From NCBI GenBank assembly GCA_043718025.1, contig JAYSWN010000063.1, positions 1 through 37,002 on the forward strand: DNA of 37,002 nucleotides. The letters are read 5' to 3'. Made by a program: the position numbers and the translations under genes. Source of the stretch: Pseudomonadota bacterium (GTDB taxonomy: Bacteria; Bdellovibrionota; FAC87; UBA2466). The notes below the pieces were generated by a model. That model had not been told where the DNA came from. It saw nothing but the letters and a program-made list of their open reading frames with translations, and did not search any database. Positions 1-9,368 of this stretch are shown in pieces (the first letter of the stretch is position 1; every line of letters starts with the position of its first letter).

Positions 1-732
1 CGGCCGGCATTAAGTCTGCAGACCACCACATTGTGGGAATACCCTTCTCAGCATTACGGCACGGGTGAGCAGGGGTCTAAACACTACGCGGGAGCTACCC
101 CTTCGTGGGTGATCTGGAATGTTTTGAAACGGTATACGCAAGAAGGCGACACGGTTTTAGATCCGATGTGCGGCAGCGGAACCACGCTTGACGTGTGCAA
201 AGATTTAAACCGAAAAGGAATTGGCTACGATTTGGCGCCGGCTCGCGTCGATATCACGCAAGCCGACTCGCGCAGTATCCCGCTAAAGAGCGAGTCTGTG
301 CATTGTGTGTTTGTAGATCCGCCCTACTCCACCCATTTGGAATATTCTAAAGATCCCCGTTGCATTGGAAAGCTCGAAGCCGGCGGCGGAAAGTATTACC
401 GTGCGATGGAGAATTCGATTGCGGAGATGGCGCGGGTGCTAAAAAAAGACGGCCACCTGGCGCTCTATGTTTCTGATTCGTTTAAAAAAGGAAAACCGTT
501 TCAGCCACTGGGTTTTGAGCTTTATGGACTGATGCGAAAAGCGGGCCTTTACGCGGTGGATATTATTTGCGTGATTCGCCAGAATCATAAACTAGATCAG
601 GGCAACTGGCACGCCGCCGCCGAGAGCGGAAACTTTTTTCTACGTGGCTTCAACTACCTGCTGCTGTTCAGAAAACCGAACCCTCAGGCCGCCGCTAAAC
701 GCGAAAAATTGCCCGAGTTCTTAAACAGCTAA
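1..732 (+). CDS. DNA amino-methyltransferase (N4C/N6A family), 5'-truncated by the window edge
   Basis: SAM-binding motif I LDPMCGSGTT and catalytic DPPY. The frame is open from base 1 (RPALSLQTTTLWEYP...), so the TTG at 31 is probably internal. Confidence 0.8.
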   Translation, partial: RPALSLQTTTLWEYPSQHYGTGEQGSKHYAGATPSWVIWNVLKRYTQEGDTVLDPMCGSGTTLDVCKDLNRKGIGYDLAPARVDITQADSRSIPLKSESVHCVFVDPPYSTHLEYSKDPRCIGKLEAGGGKYYRAMENSIAEMARVLKKDGHLALYVSDSFKKGKPFQPLGFELYGLMRKAGLYAVDIICVIRQNHKLDQGNWHAAAESGNFFLRGFNYLLLFRKPNPQAAAKREKLPEFLNS

Positions 733-737
733 GTGAA

Positions 738-980
738 CTATCTTCGACGAAGCAGTGATTTCAATTCGTTGGACGGGGAAAAGGAATCCGATATTTTCTC
801 TCCTTGGCTTGCCGTCGCCGTGCCGCTCTCAAACAGATTCATTTGTGGGCCTTTTTCTCCTAACCCACTTTCCGACAGGCCTCCAGAAGGAGTAGTGACC
901 GTAGAAAATCCGAGCGGCAACCGGCTAGATTCATTAAAAAGTAAAAGTAAAATCGCCAAGAGAAAAATTCGAAACATCAT
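738..980 (-). CDS. Small hypothetical exported or membrane-anchored protein (80 aa)
   Basis: AGGAG lies 6 nt upstream of the ATG. The N-terminus is signal-like (MMFRIFLLAILLLL) and the rest is Ser/Gly/Thr-rich. The stop converges on the MTase stop. Confidence 0.5.
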   Translation of the reverse strand: MMFRIFLLAILLLLFNESSRLPLGFSTVTTPSGGLSESGLGEKGPQMNLFESGTATASQGEKISDSFSPSNELKSLLRRR

Positions 981-1269
981 CCGATGCTCCTATTCGTAAA
1001 AAGTGATTGGGCCTTTTTGCGGAAATACAGATTAGCCATCAGTTAGTTTGAAGTTTTGCTCCACAACTACAATGCTGAATTGGCCTGTTCTTGAACGTAC
1101 GTGCCGCGGGCGAAGAACTTCGCCAAGAAGGAAATGGATTTTTGCACCTGTTTCTACTCTACGCCTCGGCCGCTGAAGCAGCAAGCCAGCTCAATCACAA
1201 ACGACATGATATTATATACTTAGTCATGATCTCTTAATAATGTTCGAGTTCTCACACAACTCGTGGTGC

Positions 1270-1294
1270 CCGCTCACCAGATTGGTCTGAGCGG
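1270..1294 (-). terminator. Hairpin just downstream of nrdJ, possible terminator
   Basis: CCGCTCA-ccagattggtc-TGAGCGG inverted repeat 6 nt past the nrdJ stop. There is no clear U-tract. Confidence 0.35.
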
Positions 1295-1300
1295 CGGACT

Positions 1301-4300
1301 TTACGAGCAGCCCGACGTCGCGCCGCAACTCAAACAGCGCAGGCAGGTGCCACTGCGTACCATGGTAAATTGGCCACAGTCGGGGCAGGCGTTGCCTTCG
1401 TAGCCACTGGCTTTCGCCACTTTGTGGGCCATCGCCTGGTCGTTGTCCCATTCACGTTGAGTCAGACTGATGTCGGACGGAGCACTGACCCGCACCGATC
1501 GCTCTTCGCTCGCCACTTCCAATTCGCCCCCGCCAACTCGACGGCGCACCGGACCCGACGGCGGAACCTGTACCAAATCGGTTCTTCCCAAATAATTGAG
1601 CGCAAGGTCTCTAAATAAATAGTCGACCACCGAAGAGCAGAATCGAATGTGATCGTGATCGGCCACGAAGCCATTTGGTTCGAACCTAAAGTGCAAAAAC
1701 TTATCTACGTACTCTTCAAGCGGCACCCCGTATTGCAATCCGAGTGACACCGATATGGCCAGCGCATTCATGATACTGCGGTACGCGGCCCCCTCTTTAT
1801 ACATGTCGATAAAAATTTCGCCGAGCCTTCCGTCATCGTACTCGCCGGTGCGCAGGTAAATGCGCTGGCCACCGATGGTAGCCTTCACCGTATAGCCGAA
1901 ACGCCGGTGCGGAAGTTCGCGACGCAAGGGGCGCGGCATGGTTGGCGTTGTTTCGCTCTCTTCCGCTACCGCCGCTACTTTTAAACCCACGGTTAGGGGC
2001 TGACTCAATTTTGAACCATCACGATAAAGCGAGACCGCTTTAATGCCTCTCTCCCAAGCCGAAAGATAGGCCTGAGAAACATCTTCGAGCCTGGCCTCGT
2101 GCGGAAGGTTAATGGTCTTACTGATGGCGCCGCTCAAGAATGGCTGCGCCGCCGCCATCATGCTCAAATGCTGCTCGGCAGAGAGTGAACGCGTGCCCTT
2201 GGTGCCACAACGGTTGGCGCAATCAAAGACCGCGTAGTGTTCTTTTTTCAAATGCGGCGCGCCCTCGACCGTCATTCGGCCAAATACGTAGTCGTTCGCC
2301 TGATCGATCTGCTCGGGGCCAAAGCCAAGACCGCTCAAAGACAGGACGCCGAAGGCTAAATCCAAATTAAACGAGCTGGCTAAGCGCGCTTCCACTTCAC
2401 GAATAGCCTCTGGCTTCATGCCTTTGGCTTTTAACGAATCGGGATTGATTTCGGGGCTGCCCGACAGCGTGCCGTGCCCCGAACAGTATTTTACAATGGC
2501 TTGAGTTTCGGCGGTTGAGTAACCCAGAGCGGTTAAAGCGCGCGGCACCGACTGGTTGATGATGCGAAAATAGCCTCCGCCCGAAAGTTTTTTAAACTTA
2601 ACCAACGCAAAGTCAGGCTCGATTCCGGTGGTGTCACAATCCATCACCAGCCCGATCGTTCCGGTTGGAGCCACCACGCTCACTTGGGCGTTACGGTAGC
2701 CGTATTTCTCGCCAAGCTTTAACGCCTCATCCCACGATTTTCTCGCCTGATCCAAAAGTTGGGCGGGACACTCCATGGCATCAATAACCGGAGGCAAACA
2801 CGTCAGCCCCTCGAAATCAGAATCGCAAATCGCCGCCCGGCGGTGGTTGCGAAGCACTCGAAGCATGGCGTCTTTGTTGTCGTTCCAGCGAGCGAAAGGG
2901 CCTTGCTCTTTGGCCATCAATGCCGACATGGAGTAGGACTCGGCAGTTAAGATCGCCGTCAGCGATGCGGTAATCGCTTGCGCCTTTTTGCCGCCGTAAG
3001 GCACGCCCATCGACAAGAGCAGCGCGCCCAGGTTGGCATAACCCAAACCCAAAGTACGGTACTCAAAACTGCGTTTGGCGATTTCGCGGCTCGGAAACTG
3101 AGCCATCAGCACGCTGATCTCAAGCACCACGGTCCACAAGCGGCAGGCATGACGAAACCGAACCAGGTCGAACTCTCGGGTTTTGGCGTCGTAAAACTTA
3201 AGTAAATTCAGCGACGCCAAATTACAGGCGGTGTCGTCTAAGAACATGTATTCGGAGCAAGGGTTGCTGGCGCGTATCTCTCCGCCCGCGGGGCAGGTGT
3301 GCCATTCATTTATGGTGGTATGAAACTGCAGACCGGGATCGGCGGAGGCCCACGCGCCGTAGACAATCTTGTCCCACAGCGATTTGGCTTTAAGCGTTTT
3401 TGAAACTTTGCCGTCGCCGCGGTTAGTGAGCTGCCAATCGCCGTTCGCCTTTAGCTTGGTGAAAAAATCATTTTTCAGGCGGATCGTATTATTTGCGTTT
3501 TGGCCACTGACGGTTGCGTATGCTTCGCCCTCCCAGTTGGTGTCTAGTTCAGGAAACTCTTCGATCGTCTTTCCTTGGCTAGCTAGCGCAATTGCCCTCT
3601 CCAGCATGCCATCGGGAATGCCAAGACCTTTTCCCCGAACCACGGCCTCTTTCAACGCCCCATTTTTTTCAATCGAGGGACCGCCTTTTCCGCCACAGGC
3701 TTTAAAGATTTCGGCGAGGCACTTTTTATGAATGCGGGCACCGGCAACCAGAGCCGAAACTTTTTCTTCTTCGCGCACCTTCCATAAAATGAAATCTTCC
3801 ACCTCGGGATGATCGGCATCGAGCACAACCATTTTCGCGGCCCGACGAGTGGTCCCGCCGCTCTTCACGCTGCCCGCGGCCTTATCGCCCACTTTTAAAA
3901 ATGAAAGTAAGCCGGAGGATCTCCCTCCCCCGCTTAGTTTCTCGCCCACGCCACGCAAGTTGCTAAAGTTAGTGCCGGTACCGGAGCCGTATTTGAACAA
4001 GCGGCTTTCGCGCACCCATAAATCCATGATCCCCTTTTCTCCGACCAAGCTGTCATCCACACTTTGAATGAAGCAAGCGTGCGGTTGCGGCCGTTCAAAG
4101 GCGCTGGTTGAGGTTTTGACCTCTCCCGTTTTTGGTTCAGCGTAATAGTGCCCTTGCGCCGGTCCGGTCAGCCCGTAGCTTGAAAATAGGCCGGTGTTAA
4201 ACCATTGCGGGCTATTGGGCGCGGCCATCTGATGCGCCAGCATGTAGCGAATGTCGTCACAAAAATTTTTAGCGCTGGCTTCAGAATCAAAGTACGAAAA

Positions 4301-4597
4301 CTTTTTGCCCCAATCGGTCCAACACTTCGCTAAGCGATCGAAAACTTCGCGCGAATCGGTTTCGCCCCCTTTTTCGGGAACTCCGGCGCGACGGAAATAT
4401 TTTTGGGCGAGGATGTCGGTGGCCACCTGTGACCAGTCCGAAGGTACCATTACGTTATCTTGAGCAAAGACCACCCGGCCGTCGGGTTCGCGAATTTCAG
4501 AGCGACGCGCTTCAAATTTCTGGTCGTCGTACGGACCCTTTAGGCCGAGGGTGAAAACCCGTTCGATAGGCAATCCTGCTTTTTGGCCGGGCTTCAT
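1301..4597 (-). CDS. nrdJ: Adenosylcobalamin-dependent (class II) ribonucleotide reductase with C-terminal TSCPD-like and Zn-ribbon domains
   Basis: Motifs PNSPQWFN, HACFI, GGTTRRAAKM, SNPCSEY (thiyl Cys), APTGT and ISKTIN, with a CPDC...CLSCGATSGCS tail. AAGGAG RBS present. Confidence 0.95.
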   Translation of the reverse strand: MKPGQKAGLPIERVFTLGLKGPYDDQKFEARRSEIREPDGRVVFAQDNVMVPSDWSQVATDILAQKYFRRAGVPEKGGETDSREVFDRLAKCWTDWGKKFSYFDSEASAKNFCDDIRYMLAHQMAAPNSPQWFNTGLFSSYGLTGPAQGHYYAEPKTGEVKTSTSAFERPQPHACFIQSVDDSLVGEKGIMDLWVRESRLFKYGSGTGTNFSNLRGVGEKLSGGGRSSGLLSFLKVGDKAAGSVKSGGTTRRAAKMVVLDADHPEVEDFILWKVREEEKVSALVAGARIHKKCLAEIFKACGGKGGPSIEKNGALKEAVVRGKGLGIPDGMLERAIALASQGKTIEEFPELDTNWEGEAYATVSGQNANNTIRLKNDFFTKLKANGDWQLTNRGDGKVSKTLKAKSLWDKIVYGAWASADPGLQFHTTINEWHTCPAGGEIRASNPCSEYMFLDDTACNLASLNLLKFYDAKTREFDLVRFRHACRLWTVVLEISVLMAQFPSREIAKRSFEYRTLGLGYANLGALLLSMGVPYGGKKAQAITASLTAILTAESYSMSALMAKEQGPFARWNDNKDAMLRVLRNHRRAAICDSDFEGLTCLPPVIDAMECPAQLLDQARKSWDEALKLGEKYGYRNAQVSVVAPTGTIGLVMDCDTTGIEPDFALVKFKKLSGGGYFRIINQSVPRALTALGYSTAETQAIVKYCSGHGTLSGSPEINPDSLKAKGMKPEAIREVEARLASSFNLDLAFGVLSLSGLGFGPEQIDQANDYVFGRMTVEGAPHLKKEHYAVFDCANRCGTKGTRSLSAEQHLSMMAAAQPFLSGAISKTINLPHEARLEDVSQAYLSAWERGIKAVSLYRDGSKLSQPLTVGLKVAAVAEESETTPTMPRPLRRELPHRRFGYTVKATIGGQRIYLRTGEYDDGRLGEIFIDMYKEGAAYRSIMNALAISVSLGLQYGVPLEEYVDKFLHFRFEPNGFVADHDHIRFCSSVVDYLFRDLALNYLGRTDLVQVPPSGPVRRRVGGGELEVASEERSVRVSAPSDISLTQREWDNDQAMAHKVAKASGYEGNACPDCGQFTMVRSGTCLRCLSCGATSGCS

Positions 4598-4685
4598 GAG
4601 AAGGCTCCTTGAAAGTGGCTAATTTTAAAGAAATGACGCAGGGAAACTAAGGTGAGAGCTAGCTACCCGCAAATAATATCACCAT

Positions 4686-4701
4686 ACACTACATATAAGG
4701 T
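4686..4701. promoter_or_regulatory. Putative NrdR box
   Basis: ACACTACATATAAGGT against the consensus acaCwAtATaTwGtgt, about 90 bp upstream of nrdJ. One core mismatch. Confidence 0.55.
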
Positions 4702-4740
4702 AACGCGGTTCGGTCAAAGGCTTTAGCCACACCGCCAAGG

Positions 4741-7434
4741 CTAGCAGTCGCCCCAATTGCGCCCTTCGCCCACCACTACTTTAAGCGGAACGCTAAGGTG
4801 CATCGCGTTTTCCATGCCGTCGCGGATTAACGCCCGCATGCTCGGTATTTCTGCATCGGGCACTTCAAAGACGAGTTCGTCATGTACCTGCAGCAGCATC
4901 GTGCTCGCCAGTCTCTCCTGTTTTAGGCGCTTCGCGATGTTGAGCATCGCAATTTTAATCAGGTCGGCCGCCGAGCCTTGAACTGGAGCATTGATCGCCG
5001 CCCGCTCGGCAATCTCGCGGGTCATCCGATTGTCCGCTTTAAGATCAGGTAGGTAACGGCGGCGGCCCAACATCGTCGATACGTAACCGGTGGTTCGGGC
5101 GGTTTCGATAATCGTCTGGAAAAACTGCTTCACGTGGGAATAGCGGGCAAAGTACGAATCGATAAAACCTTTGGCCTCTCCGGGCGAGATTTTAAGCATG
5201 CTCGATAAACCATAAGCCGTCTGCCCGTATACCACCCCAAAATTGATCGTTTTGGCAATGCGCCGGTGCTCAGGCGACACATCGGTCACATTGAACATGA
5301 AGCGCGCCGTAGCCTCGTGAATATCTTCATCGTTTGCAAACGCTTTACTCAATCCGGGATCTTGACTCATGTGGGCAAGAATCCTCAATTCTATTTGCGA
5401 ATAGTCGGCAGACATCAAGGTGTGGCCGGGTGGGGCCACAAAAACAGAACGAATGTTATAGCCCGTCTCAGCGGCCACCGGAATATTCTGCATGTTGGGC
5501 TCGGTGCTCGAAAGCCGCCCCGTTGCCGTAACCGTCTGGTTGAAATGGGTGTGTACCCGCCCGGTGGCGGGATGAATCTGTGAAATCAACCCCTCGACGT
5601 AAGTGGATCGCAGCTTAGCCAAACCACGAAACTTCAAAATATTTTCGCAGATCTGGTGTTTTTCGGACAGCGCTTGCAGCACCGACTCATCGGTAGAACG
5701 CCCAGTTTTGGTCTTTTTAATTACGGGCAGAAGTAACTTGTCGAAAAGCACGTCACCCAACTGCTTCGGCGATTGAATATTAAAGGGCGCACCAGCCGCT
5801 TCATAAATTTTGCTCTCGATGGTCTTCATCTCGGCTTCGAGATCGCGCCCCATCACTTCAAGTTTATTCTTTTCTACCTGAATACCAGCGTACTCCATCG
5901 CCGCCAGCACTTGCGACAACGGCATTTCTAAGTCTTGATATAACTTCTCGCAGTCGCGCTCTTTCAGCAGGGGCTCGAGTTTTTCGGTTAATCGGAAGGC
6001 AATGTCGGCATCTTCCGCCGAATAGGCGGTGGCTTTATCGATCGCCACTTCAGAAAAATTGATCTGAGCTTTTCCCTTACCCGTCACTTCCGAGTACGCG
6101 GTTGTCTGGTGCCCCAGGTAGCGCATCGCAAGAGCATCCAAATTGTGGGCTCCCGATGCGTCGATTAGGTAACTGGCAATGAGAGTATCGTGCTCGACTC
6201 CACCGAGATCAACCCCCCACGCCCGCAAAATTTGAATATCAAATTTTAAATTCTGCCCGGTCTTTTTTGGCGTGCTGCTTTCAAGAAAGGGTTTCAGGAG
6301 ATGGCGCGCGGTCTCGCCGTCAATCTGACCTCCCTGTAGCTGAGTGGTGCCAAGTTCGACGTGACCAATGGGAATATAGAACCCGGTATTCGACGCCGCA
6401 CTCAAAGAGACACCGACCAGCTTAGCGTCGTGAGGATGCAAGCCCGTGGTTTCGGTGTCTACGGATACGATCGGAGCCGTTGATAGTTTGGTCAAAAGGG
6501 CGGTTAACTCGGTAGCCGTTCGAATCGTGACGTATTCGCTTGATTGGTTGCCTTTAGTGACGCCGTCTTCGGTCGTGGGCTCTAGGCCCATGCGTTTGAT
6601 GAGCTGATAAAACTCCATGTCTTGGAATACATCGCACAGCTCGGGCTTATTGGGGCCGTCGTACTTAAAGCTGTTCCATTCAAGGGGAATATCCACGTCA
6701 CATTTTACGGTGGCCAACTCCTGACTGAGGTAGGCCATCTCTTTCTCAGCTTTTAGAGTTTCTCGCCGTTTGGCCTGAGGAATTTGTTCGAGAGATTCGT
6801 AAATGTTATCGAGCGAACCAAATTTTTGTATGAGCTCGGCCGCGGTCTTTTCACCAATTCCCGACACTCCGGGAATGTTATCGCTGCTATCCCCCATTAG
6901 GGCCAGCAGATCGACGATCTGGTGCGGCAGTACCCCAAACTTTTCTTTTACCGCATCAGCGTTGATCCGCTTGTCTTTCATCGAGTCATAAAGCGACACG
7001 CTGTCATTCACCAACTGCATTAGATCTTTGTCGCCGGTGATGATCTCCACGTCGTAGCCGTCTTCCACGGCTCGCTTAGCGATGGTGCCGATGAGATCAT
7101 CGGCCTCAAAGCCAATCTTCTCTAAACGGTGGATGCCGAAAGCGTCCACGGCTTTAAAAATCACCGGAATCTGTACTTTTAAGTCATCGGGAGCGGCGCT
7201 GCGGTTGGCTTTGTAAGCGGGGTAGCGCTCTTTGCGAAAGGTGTCACGGCCCGTGTCAAAGGCAATGGCCAGGTACTTTGGCTTTTCTGTTTCTAGCGTC
7301 TTAAGCAACATGTTCACGAAACCGTAAACCGCGTTGGTAGGAAAACCCTTTGAGTTGCTCAGCGACTTAATCGCGTAAAAGGCCCTGAAAAAATAACCAC
7401 TGCCGTCGATCAATAAAATACGTTCGCGTGCCAT
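4741..7434 (-). CDS. polA: DNA polymerase I
   Basis: 5'-3' exonuclease (LLIDG, EADD, GDSSDNIPG), 3'-5' exonuclease (DTETT) and polymerase motifs (ADYSQIELR, KTINFGVVYG, QVHDEL). Start moved from 7518 to the ATG at 7434 (MARERILLIDG) to match the family N-terminus and avoid overlap with dedA. Confidence 0.97.
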   Translation of the reverse strand: MARERILLIDGSGYFFRAFYAIKSLSNSKGFPTNAVYGFVNMLLKTLETEKPKYLAIAFDTGRDTFRKERYPAYKANRSAAPDDLKVQIPVIFKAVDAFGIHRLEKIGFEADDLIGTIAKRAVEDGYDVEIITGDKDLMQLVNDSVSLYDSMKDKRINADAVKEKFGVLPHQIVDLLALMGDSSDNIPGVSGIGEKTAAELIQKFGSLDNIYESLEQIPQAKRRETLKAEKEMAYLSQELATVKCDVDIPLEWNSFKYDGPNKPELCDVFQDMEFYQLIKRMGLEPTTEDGVTKGNQSSEYVTIRTATELTALLTKLSTAPIVSVDTETTGLHPHDAKLVGVSLSAASNTGFYIPIGHVELGTTQLQGGQIDGETARHLLKPFLESSTPKKTGQNLKFDIQILRAWGVDLGGVEHDTLIASYLIDASGAHNLDALAMRYLGHQTTAYSEVTGKGKAQINFSEVAIDKATAYSAEDADIAFRLTEKLEPLLKERDCEKLYQDLEMPLSQVLAAMEYAGIQVEKNKLEVMGRDLEAEMKTIESKIYEAAGAPFNIQSPKQLGDVLFDKLLLPVIKKTKTGRSTDESVLQALSEKHQICENILKFRGLAKLRSTYVEGLISQIHPATGRVHTHFNQTVTATGRLSSTEPNMQNIPVAAETGYNIRSVFVAPPGHTLMSADYSQIELRILAHMSQDPGLSKAFANDEDIHEATARFMFNVTDVSPEHRRIAKTINFGVVYGQTAYGLSSMLKISPGEAKGFIDSYFARYSHVKQFFQTIIETARTTGYVSTMLGRRRYLPDLKADNRMTREIAERAAINAPVQGSAADLIKIAMLNIAKRLKQERLASTMLLQVHDELVFEVPDAEIPSMRALIRDGMENAMHLSVPLKVVVGEGRNWGDC

Positions 7435-7474
7435 CCACTGCAGAACTATACGATGGGCTAAGCGGTGACAATCA

Positions 7475-8143
7475 TTAGGTGTGGCTCGTCGACGCTTTGC
7501 GCGCCTTAAGCACTTCAATCACCGCCGGCAGCACCGAGATTACGATGATGGCCAAAATGACGATGGTGAAATTCTTTTTTACCAGGGGCAGATTGCCAAA
7601 GAAATAGCCGCCGAACACGAAAAGGCCTACCCACATTAGGGCCCCAAGAACATTATAAGTACCAAACTTTTTATATTCCATTTTGCCCACCCCCGCCAGA
7701 AACGGGGCAAAGGTGCGCACGATGGGCACAAAGCGGGCAATCACCACGGTTTTGCCGCCATATTTCTCGTAGAACTTTTGGGTACGATCCAAATACTCTT
7801 TTTTGATAAATCGGTTGTTCATTGAAAACACCCGATCGCCGAGCCGGTAACCAATACTATAGTTCACCGCGTCACCCAGCACGGCGGCCACAAAAATAAG
7901 CGCGGCCACGTACCAGAGCTGCAGACTTCCCGTTGCGCACAACGCACCGGCGGCAAACAGAAGGGAATCGCCAGGAAGAAAAGGGGTCACGACCAGGCCA
8001 GTTTCACAGAAGACGATAAGGAACAAAACCCAATGAGTGGCGGCGCCATACTGCTCAACGATATTAACGAGGGTCTTGTCTAGGTGCAGAATCATGCCGA
8101 AGTAATGCACGCCCGTGTGCCAAAGAGTTGTGATCCATTCCAC
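7475..8143 (-). CDS. dedA: DedA family membrane protein
   Basis: FCETGLVVTPFLPGDSLLFAAG and ARFVPIVRTFAPF signatures. Confidence 0.93.
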   Translation of the reverse strand: MEWITTLWHTGVHYFGMILHLDKTLVNIVEQYGAATHWVLFLIVFCETGLVVTPFLPGDSLLFAAGALCATGSLQLWYVAALIFVAAVLGDAVNYSIGYRLGDRVFSMNNRFIKKEYLDRTQKFYEKYGGKTVVIARFVPIVRTFAPFLAGVGKMEYKKFGTYNVLGALMWVGLFVFGGYFFGNLPLVKKNFTIVILAIIVISVLPAVIEVLKARKASTSHT

Positions 8144-8309
8144 GTTGTTTTCTCCAGTGTAGACGGAGAACTTTACTTGAATTTATTTTGCTTGGATACA
8201 ATCCGACTGTAATTGAGATGTTGAATCGGCAAAAGCTCAGACCGTTGCAAATGACGCTTCCACAACAAAGCCCTTTCCGAAAAGCCAACTCTTCCTTTAA
8301 GATCGGCCG

Positions 8310-9368
8310 ATGGCTGCCGCATCATTCGCCCCCTCGAAGCAAAATGGAAGACTGAACAAACTCGTGGTGAGGGTCGACGCTGACGGTACTATCGGATTAG
8401 GGCATGCAATGCGCTGCCTTGCGTTGGCGCAACAGTGGAAGAGAATGGTGGGACCGGTCTGTTTTCTGATGGCCTCTCCACCCGAAATGCTGGCCAAAAA
8501 AATGCACACCGAAGGATTTACGCTTAACACCCTGCAAGCATCCGCGGGCGGCCCCCAGGATGCAGAAGAGACCTTAGCTCTTTTTCGAGCCACTGATGCC
8601 AACTGGTTGGTGGTTGATGGTTACCACTTCACCCTCGATTTTGCAGAAATGGTTTCTCAAGTCCCTACACTAGGGCTCGATGATTTGGGAACTTTGGCAA
8701 AATTTCCGTTTTCCATCGTACTAAACTTTGGCGTCCACGCTAACCAACACATGTACTCTCGGCGAATGCCGCACACTCAGTTGCTTTTGGGCCCCGGCCA
8801 CTTTTTGCTTCGCGACGAGTTTTTAAAAAAAACAATTGAGCCGCGTGTCTTTAGCGCGAATGACCATCAATTGACCATTACGTTCGGCGGAGCCGATCGC
8901 GAAAACATTACGCTTGACGTCATAAGGGCGTTACGCGACCGCAAAACCGAGAAACTAAAACTAAACGTATTGATTTCTTCAATAAATAAGAACCGCCAGT
9001 TAATTCGAGATTTTTCCACAACCTACCCCATGCGCCTTATTGAGGACGCTCAGGATATGGCGACCGAACTTGTTCGGAGCGATCTAGTCATCACCGCCAT
9101 GGGTACTACGGTTTGGGAGTTAATGTATTTGGGAGTTCCCGCTTTGGGAATCCCTTTGCACCCAACCCACAGGATGGTTTCGAGCGAGCTGGCGGCACGC
9201 AACTTAATCTGCGCGACTGAAATTTCAATGGTTTCCGAAACCGTAGACAAGTTGTTATCTACCCCCCTGCTCCGAAAACAGATGTCAAAGAACAGCCGGG
9301 AATTTATCGATGGAAAAGGGGCGGAGCGGGCGGTAATCGCGATGGTCACCATGTCAAAACGGACTTAA
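8310..9368 (+). CDS. pseG: UDP-2,4-diacylamido-2,4,6-trideoxy-beta-L-altropyranose hydrolase (PseG/SpsG family)
   Basis: RVDADGTIGLGHAMRCLALA, VVDGY, TFGGAD and IDGKGAER motifs, plus pse context. Confidence 0.88.
   Translation: MAAASFAPSKQNGRLNKLVVRVDADGTIGLGHAMRCLALAQQWKRMVGPVCFLMASPPEMLAKKMHTEGFTLNTLQASAGGPQDAEETLALFRATDANWLVVDGYHFTLDFAEMVSQVPTLGLDDLGTLAKFPFSIVLNFGVHANQHMYSRRMPHTQLLLGPGHFLLRDEFLKKTIEPRVFSANDHQLTITFGGADRENITLDVIRALRDRKTEKLKLNVLISSINKNRQLIRDFSTTYPMRLIEDAQDMATELVRSDLVITAMGTTVWELMYLGVPALGIPLHPTHRMVSSELAARNLICATEISMVSETVDKLLSTPLLRKQMSKNSREFIDGKGAERAVIAMVTMSKRT

Noticed and set aside
1301..7434. Inteins or introns in nrdJ or polA
   Set aside because: Both frames are continuous and of ordinary length, with no C...HN splice motifs or homing-endonuclease inserts seen.
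7435..7518. N-terminal extension of polA in the ORF track (925 aa)
   Set aside because: It overlaps dedA and precedes the family-typical start MARERILLIDG; ATG 7434 is preferred.
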